Source: Gallionellaceae bacterium UBA2239 (GTDB lineage Bacteria > Pseudomonadota > Gammaproteobacteria > Burkholderiales > UBA9220). From it: a stretch of DNA of 64,000 nt. The notes under the pieces are model-generated. The model did no database searches. It worked only from the letters and a program-made list of their open reading frames with translations, and was not told the origin of the DNA. A program made the position numbers and the translations under genes. The stretch is taken from assembly GCA_002347615.1 (NCBI GenBank), contig DDYH01000069.1:96648-160647 (forward strand), in the 5' to 3' direction. Below, piece by piece: positions 59,739 through 64,000 of the stretch; the stretch's first letter is position 1; each line of letters opens with the position of its first letter.

Positions 59739-61049
59739 TAAAGCGCCGTAGAGATCGTGGGCGTCGGAATCGGTGATTTCCGCCTCCACCCACTCTCCGG
59801 CCTGAATCTGCCGATCGCCCACATCCAGGAACACCACCCCGTCCACCTCCGGCGCATCCCCTGAAGTACGGCCGATGGCGCCTTCCTCGTCCACTTCGTC
59901 CACCAGCACCGTGAGCTTTTTCCCCACCTTGGCCGCCAACTTGGCGGCACTGATCTCTTCCTGAAGTTCCATCAGGCGGGCTTGCCGCTCCAGCTTCACT
60001 TCCTCCGGCAGGGCCCCGGCCAACTCGTTGGCGACGGCCCCTTCCACCGGCGAATAGGTGAAGCACCCCACCCGGTCCAGTTGCGCCTCTTCCAGGAAAC
60101 CCAGAAGCTTGTCGAAATCCTGCTCGGTCTCCCCGGGAAAACCGACGATAAAGGTGCTGCGCAGGGTGATGTCGGGGCAGATTTCCCGCCAGCGCCGGAT
60201 GTGGTTCAGGGCATTCTCGCCCCCCGCCGGGCGCTTCATGGCCTTGAGGATTTTCGGGCTGGCGTGCTGCAAAGGCACGTCCAGGTAAGGCAGTATCTTG
60301 CCCTCCGCCATCAGGGGCACCACGTCGCTCACCGCCGGGTAGGGATAGACGTACATCAGGCGCACCCAGATGCCCAGTTCGCCCAGGGCGCGGGACAGGT
60401 CGGTGATCCGGGTGCGGATCGGCTTGCCGTTCCAGAAGCCGGTGCGGTAGTGCATATCCAGCCCATAGGCGGCGGTGTCCTGGGCCACCACCACCAGTTC
60501 CCTCACCCCCGCTTTCGCCAGGTTTTCCGCCTCCTGCATCACCTCGTGCACCGGCCGGCTCACCAGGGGCCCCCGCAGGAAAGGGATGATGCAGAAGGTG
60601 CACTGATGGTTGCAACCCTCTGAAATCTTGAGGTACGCGTAATGGCGCGGCGTAAGCCGGATGCCCTGGGGCGGCACCAGGCTGGTGTAGGGGTCGTGGG
60701 GCTGGGGCAGATGCTGGTGCACCGCCTGCATCACTTCTTCCAGGGCGTGGGGGCCGGTCACCGCCAGCACCTGGGGATGGGCCTCCAGCACCACGTCCTT
60801 CTTCACCCCCAGGCAGCCGGTGACGATCACCTTGCCGTTCTCCTCCAGGGCCTCGCCGATGGCATCCAGGGATTCCGCCACCGCGGCGTCGATGAAGCCG
60901 CAGGTGTTGACCACCACCAGGTCGGCGTCCTCGTAGGAAGGGGAAATACGGTAGCCCTCCGCCCGCAGGCGGGTGAGGATTTGTTCGGAATCCACCAGGG
61001 CCTTGGGGCAGCCGAGGGAGACGAAACCTACGTTCTTGGGTTTTGGCAT
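59721..61049 (-). CDS. rimO: Ribosomal protein S12 methylthiotransferase RimO (radical SAM)
   Basis: [25 protein letters not shown], the radical SAM motif CNHQCTFC, and a TRAM domain at the C-terminus. The last 5 codons and the TAG lie inside the MITE. Confidence 0.92.
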   Translation of the reverse strand: MPKPKNVGFVSLGCPKALVDSEQILTRLRAEGYRISPSYEDADLVVVNTCGFIDAAVAESLDAIGEALEENGKVIVTGCLGVKKDVVLEAHPQVLAVTGPHALEEVMQAVHQHLPQPHDPYTSLVPPQGIRLTPRHYAYLKISEGCNHQCTFCIIPFLRGPLVSRPVHEVMQEAENLAKAGVRELVVVAQDTAAYGLDMHYRTGFWNGKPIRTRITDLSRALGELGIWVRLMYVYPYPAVSDVVPLMAEGKILPYLDVPLQHASPKILKAMKRPAGGENALNHIRRWREICPDITLRSTFIVGFPGETEQDFDKLLGFLEEAQLDRVGCFTYSPVEGAVANELAGALPEEVKLERQARLMELQEEISAAKLAAKVGKKLTVLVDEVDEEGAIGRTSGDAPEVDGVVFLDVGDRQIQAGEWVEAEITDSDAHDLYGALTQIIH

Positions 61050-61093
61050 TTCTGTATGGGACCGTGCAAATTGGCGAAGTATACCGCTACCGC

Positions 61094-62230
61094 TCAGCTA
61101 TCTCCGGGTTGCGGTTCAGAAGCCCGGCTTTCCATCCACAGCAGGCTCTGGCGCCGCACGGTATCGCTCAGGCTTTTGGTTTCCGCGAAGGCCTGCCGCA
61201 GCCAGGACGCGCCGTTTTCCCCCCGGGAAGTGTCCGCCGCCAGCCGGCCCAGAGCCCCCCAAGCGCCCAATTCACGGGCATGGGGTTCCAGCCGGCGCAG
61301 GGTGTCGAGAATGTCTTCGCCGATGGTGGGCCGGGCCGTTTCCCCGGGCAGCACCAGGCGGCCTCCCAGGCCGAAACGGCAGGACTGGAAACGGTTGTAG
61401 CTATAGATCAGGTAGATGTCCTGGCTGAGGGCGGGACGCTCTGCCAGCAGCCAGCGGGCCAAAACCTGGGCATAGGCGGCCAGGTCCGCGGCCTTTTCCA
61501 CCGTCAGGGGCGTATCGCACACCCGGATTTCCACTGTGCCGAACTCCGGCTTGGGGCGCACGTCCCAGTAGAAGTCCTTCATGCTCTTGACGATGCCGAA
61601 GGCGGCCATCCGGTCGAAATAGGCCTCGAACTCCTCCCAGGTGTGGACCCAGGGCAACGTACCGCTCATGGGGAACGCGTTGACCACCGACAGGCGGGAG
61701 GAATCGAAGGCGGTATCCACCCCCTGGTAGAACGGCGAGGAGGCGGACAGGGCGACGAAATGGGGCAGGTAGCGGGCCAGGCCGTGGCACAGGTAGAGGG
61801 CGTCGTCCCCTGTTGGGCAGCCCAGGTGGATGTGCTGGCCGAACACGGTGTACTGTTTGGCCAGGTAGCCATACTGCTCGGACACGGACAGGAAGCGTTC
61901 GGTGGGGAAGATGCGCCGCTCGCTCCACTGCTGGAAGGGGTGGGCGCCACCCCCGGCGATGGCGATGTTCATGCGCCGCGCCTCCCTCGCCAGGGCATCC
62001 CTCAAAGCGTGCAGCTCCGCGGACAGGGTGTCGAACCCGCGGTGGACCGAGGAATTGATCTCCACCATGCTCTGGGTGATCTCGGGCTTCAGCCCCTCGG
62101 TATCCTTGAGCCGGCGCAGCAGGTCGGGGGCGTCGGTGGTGAGGTTGTAGTCCCGGGTGTTGACCAGCTGGAGTTCCAGCTCCACCCCCAGGGAGCACGC
62201 CTCGGACGGGGTGAACGGCAGGCTGCCCAC
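61094..62230 (-). CDS. ybdK: Carboxylate-amine ligase YbdK (glutamate-cysteine ligase family 2)
   Basis: [25 protein letters not shown].. and ..QHIHLGCP.. are typical of GCS2/YbdK. GTG start preceded by AAGGAGGTG, 1 nt after the upstream stop. Confidence 0.85.
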   Translation of the reverse strand: MGSLPFTPSEACSLGVELELQLVNTRDYNLTTDAPDLLRRLKDTEGLKPEITQSMVEINSSVHRGFDTLSAELHALRDALAREARRMNIAIAGGGAHPFQQWSERRIFPTERFLSVSEQYGYLAKQYTVFGQHIHLGCPTGDDALYLCHGLARYLPHFVALSASSPFYQGVDTAFDSSRLSVVNAFPMSGTLPWVHTWEEFEAYFDRMAAFGIVKSMKDFYWDVRPKPEFGTVEIRVCDTPLTVEKAADLAAYAQVLARWLLAERPALSQDIYLIYSYNRFQSCRFGLGGRLVLPGETARPTIGEDILDTLRRLEPHARELGAWGALGRLAADTSRGENGASWLRQAFAETKSLSDTVRRQSLLWMESRASEPQPGDS

Positions 62231-62231
62231 G

Positions 62232-63446
62232 CTACCACCTCCTTTCGTTCTCGTGCCCCGCCTCCCCCGCCGCGCGAAGGGCGAGGCGGGTGGCCACCGG
62301 CCCCACCAGGTTCAGCACCGCCACGGCGAACACCACGATGGCGCTCACCTGGGCGCCGAAGTCGGGGTAGATGTCGGCCACCGTCTGGGCCATGCCCAGG
62401 GCCACGCCGGTCATGGGGGTAAGGGCCGCGCCCAGCAGGGCGGCCTGTTTCAGGCTCAGGCCGCTGGCCGGGCCAATCACCAGCAGGGCCGCCGACTTGC
62501 CCAGCAACCGCGCCGCCACCATGGCCAGGGCCGCCCCTGCCATGGCCCCCGGCACCCATTGCAGGCTGGCGCCGGCCACCACGAACAGCACCACGAAGAA
62601 CAACTGCCCGGCGTAGCCGAATTCCACTTCCATCAAATCCCGTCGGCGGTCCAGGTTGCGGGCCAGGATACCGAAAGAAAGCAGGGTCAGCATCACCGAC
62701 AGTTGGAACATCTTGGCGGCGCCCACGGCGGCGACGATCATCCCCACCAGGAGAATGAACTGCCCCGCCTCCTGCTTGCCCACCGCCCGGGCCAGACGCA
62801 GGGTGAGCAGGCAGAAAGCGGCGCCCAGCAGCAACGAGCCCGCCAGGCGATAGAGGGGGTGGAGCAACACCGTGAGCCACCCCGCCTCGAAGGACAGGTG
62901 GACCAGGGGCAGCAGGGCGGTGAACGCCAGCAGGGCCGCCACGTTGTTCATCGCCGTTAGGGCCAGGAGGCGGCGCGTCACCGGACCGTCCGCCCCCATT
63001 TCGTGGGCCACCAGCATCACCACCGCCGGGGAGACGGCGATGCCGATGGCCGCCGCCATGGCCGCCTGGAGGGGCGGAATGCCGAACAGCCCGAGGACGT
63101 AGAACATCAGCCCGAAGGACAGGGCGCTCTCCCCCGCCCCGGTGGCCAGCAGCCAGCGGTCATGGCGCAGCCACACGAAGTCGAGGCGCCGCCCCAGTTC
63201 GAACAGGATCAGGCCGAGGGAGATGTCCACGAACAGGCGGGCCTCCACCAGCAGGTCCTGCCCCAGCAGGTTCAGGGCCCCTGGCCCCAGGAGCCAGCCG
63301 GCGACGATGTAGCCGGTGATCTTGGGCAGCACCCGGGTGCGGGCGGCGAGACAGCCTCCGGCCAGCCCGGCGAGGAGAATCAGCCCGAACAGGGCGAGGC
63401 CGTTGAAAACCGGCGGAAAAGAGGGAAGGAAGAACAGTTCTGACAT
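62232..63446 (-). CDS. Cation:proton antiporter (CPA2-type membrane domain, no RCK/KTN domain)
   Basis: 404 aa with about 11-12 TM helices. ..LPKITGYIVAGWLLGPGALNLL.. is the Na_H_Exchanger family pattern. Confidence 0.8.
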   Translation of the reverse strand: MSELFFLPSFPPVFNGLALFGLILLAGLAGGCLAARTRVLPKITGYIVAGWLLGPGALNLLGQDLLVEARLFVDISLGLILFELGRRLDFVWLRHDRWLLATGAGESALSFGLMFYVLGLFGIPPLQAAMAAAIGIAVSPAVVMLVAHEMGADGPVTRRLLALTAMNNVAALLAFTALLPLVHLSFEAGWLTVLLHPLYRLAGSLLLGAAFCLLTLRLARAVGKQEAGQFILLVGMIVAAVGAAKMFQLSVMLTLLSFGILARNLDRRRDLMEVEFGYAGQLFFVVLFVVAGASLQWVPGAMAGAALAMVAARLLGKSAALLVIGPASGLSLKQAALLGAALTPMTGVALGMAQTVADIYPDFGAQVSAIVVFAVAVLNLVGPVATRLALRAAGEAGHENERRW

Positions 63447-63910
63447 AGGCGGGCACTATAACCGCAAACACAAAATCGGCCAAACCCTTGACCGCAAGCC
63501 ATTTTGGCCGTACCGGACAAGACACGGAAGGTATTTTTCCTTCAAGGGATGGGAAAACTTTTGTTAACCTGACGAGCCAGCCATTCCCTCTGCTTCAAAA
63601 TGCCTGACTGAAGATTAGTCCAGCAGCTTGAGGGTTTCCGCCCGAATGTATATCATCGCCCTGGGTGTCTGCGCTAAGGTCATAGAAACGCGGACAGGGT
63701 TTCGTGCTGGTCGGGCCGCCACACGCTGATCGAGAACCCCCGTGAACCCTCATAGCGCCCATTGGCAGCTCTCGCTGCGCCATCTTCAAGCCTGCGTCGT
63801 CCTTGGCCCTCCGAAGACAGTTTGCTCGTCTCCCACCGTCTTCCGGCCCTGCGTCGCCTCGCTATTCACCGGCACCACCTGCCCAATCCATATCGCCAAG
63901 GACTGCTGAA

Positions 63911-64000
63911 ATGCTGACCACGCTCGTCGCCGTTTTCGTCATTGCTTACGCCGCAATCGCTCTGGAACATCCGGTCAAAATCAACAAGTCGGCATCGGCC
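63911..64000 (+). CDS. 5' end of an NhaD/ArsB-superfamily Na+/H+ antiporter, partial at the window edge
   Basis: MLTTLVAVFVIAYAAIALEHPVKINKSASA resembles the conserved N-terminus of NhaD-type permeases. Only 30 codons are visible. Confidence 0.5.
   Translation, partial: MLTTLVAVFVIAYAAIALEHPVKINKSASA

Noticed and set aside
63752-63775. A sigma-54-like sequence, TGGCAGCTCTCGCTGC, in the nhaD-like leader.
   Set aside because: The GG-to-GC spacing is 8 or 11 nt instead of the required 10, so it does not fit a -24/-12 promoter.
63595-63789. A 64-aa minus-strand ORF in the CPA2/NhaD intergenic region.
   Set aside because: It has no SD, no recognisable family and an odd composition. The region is treated as a non-coding leader instead.

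Overview
This is a GC-rich (about 63%, by eye) chromosomal segment. Gene order and protein sequences look betaproteobacterial, but that is inference only. I call about 60 protein genes, 3 tRNAs and a few repeat or regulatory elements, and almost everything is conserved housekeeping. In order, the window holds:
- a CDF-transporter tail, UDG, an orphan small gene, an aminotransferase, uvrB, two phosphatases, and the divergent rne/rluC pair
- an 8-gene Ara4N lipid A modification (arn) operon
- trxB, a retropepsin-like gene and smrB
- ftsK-lolA-rarA-serS, then mltF, tRNA-Ser and tRNA-Thr
- an egtD-like gene remnant and a lexA-imuA-imuB-dnaE2 SOS mutagenesis operon
- rpsF-priB-rpsR-rplI, rlmB and rnr, tRNA-Leu
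- a long co-directional block: ndk-rlmN-pilW-rodZ-ispG-hisS-yfgM-bamB-der-hfq-hflX-hflK-hflC-DUF2065-hisZ-purA
- a sensorless histidine kinase with a receiver-TPR regulator, a SPOR protein, tilS and accA
- a sigma-54-driven small ORF, rimO, ybdK, a CPA2 antiporter and the start of an NhaD-like gene

I found no CRISPR array, integrase, transposase, prophage, or recognisable defence or toxin module, and no convincing novel multi-gene system. The observations most worth a second look are:
- a 175-bp MITE-like palindromic element present twice; one copy rewrites the rimO 3' end and the other sits in the trxB/ftsK promoter region
- a near-consensus sigma-54 promoter with upstream palindromes in front of a 63-aa ORF
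- a retropepsin-like protease translationally coupled to an SmrB-like ribosome-rescue nuclease
- a GNAT acetyltransferase embedded in the arn operon
- an apparently leaderless lexA whose -10 element lies inside its own SOS box
- a REP-type palindrome inserted in frame in dnaE2

All homology calls come from reading the translated ORFs. No database searches were run.
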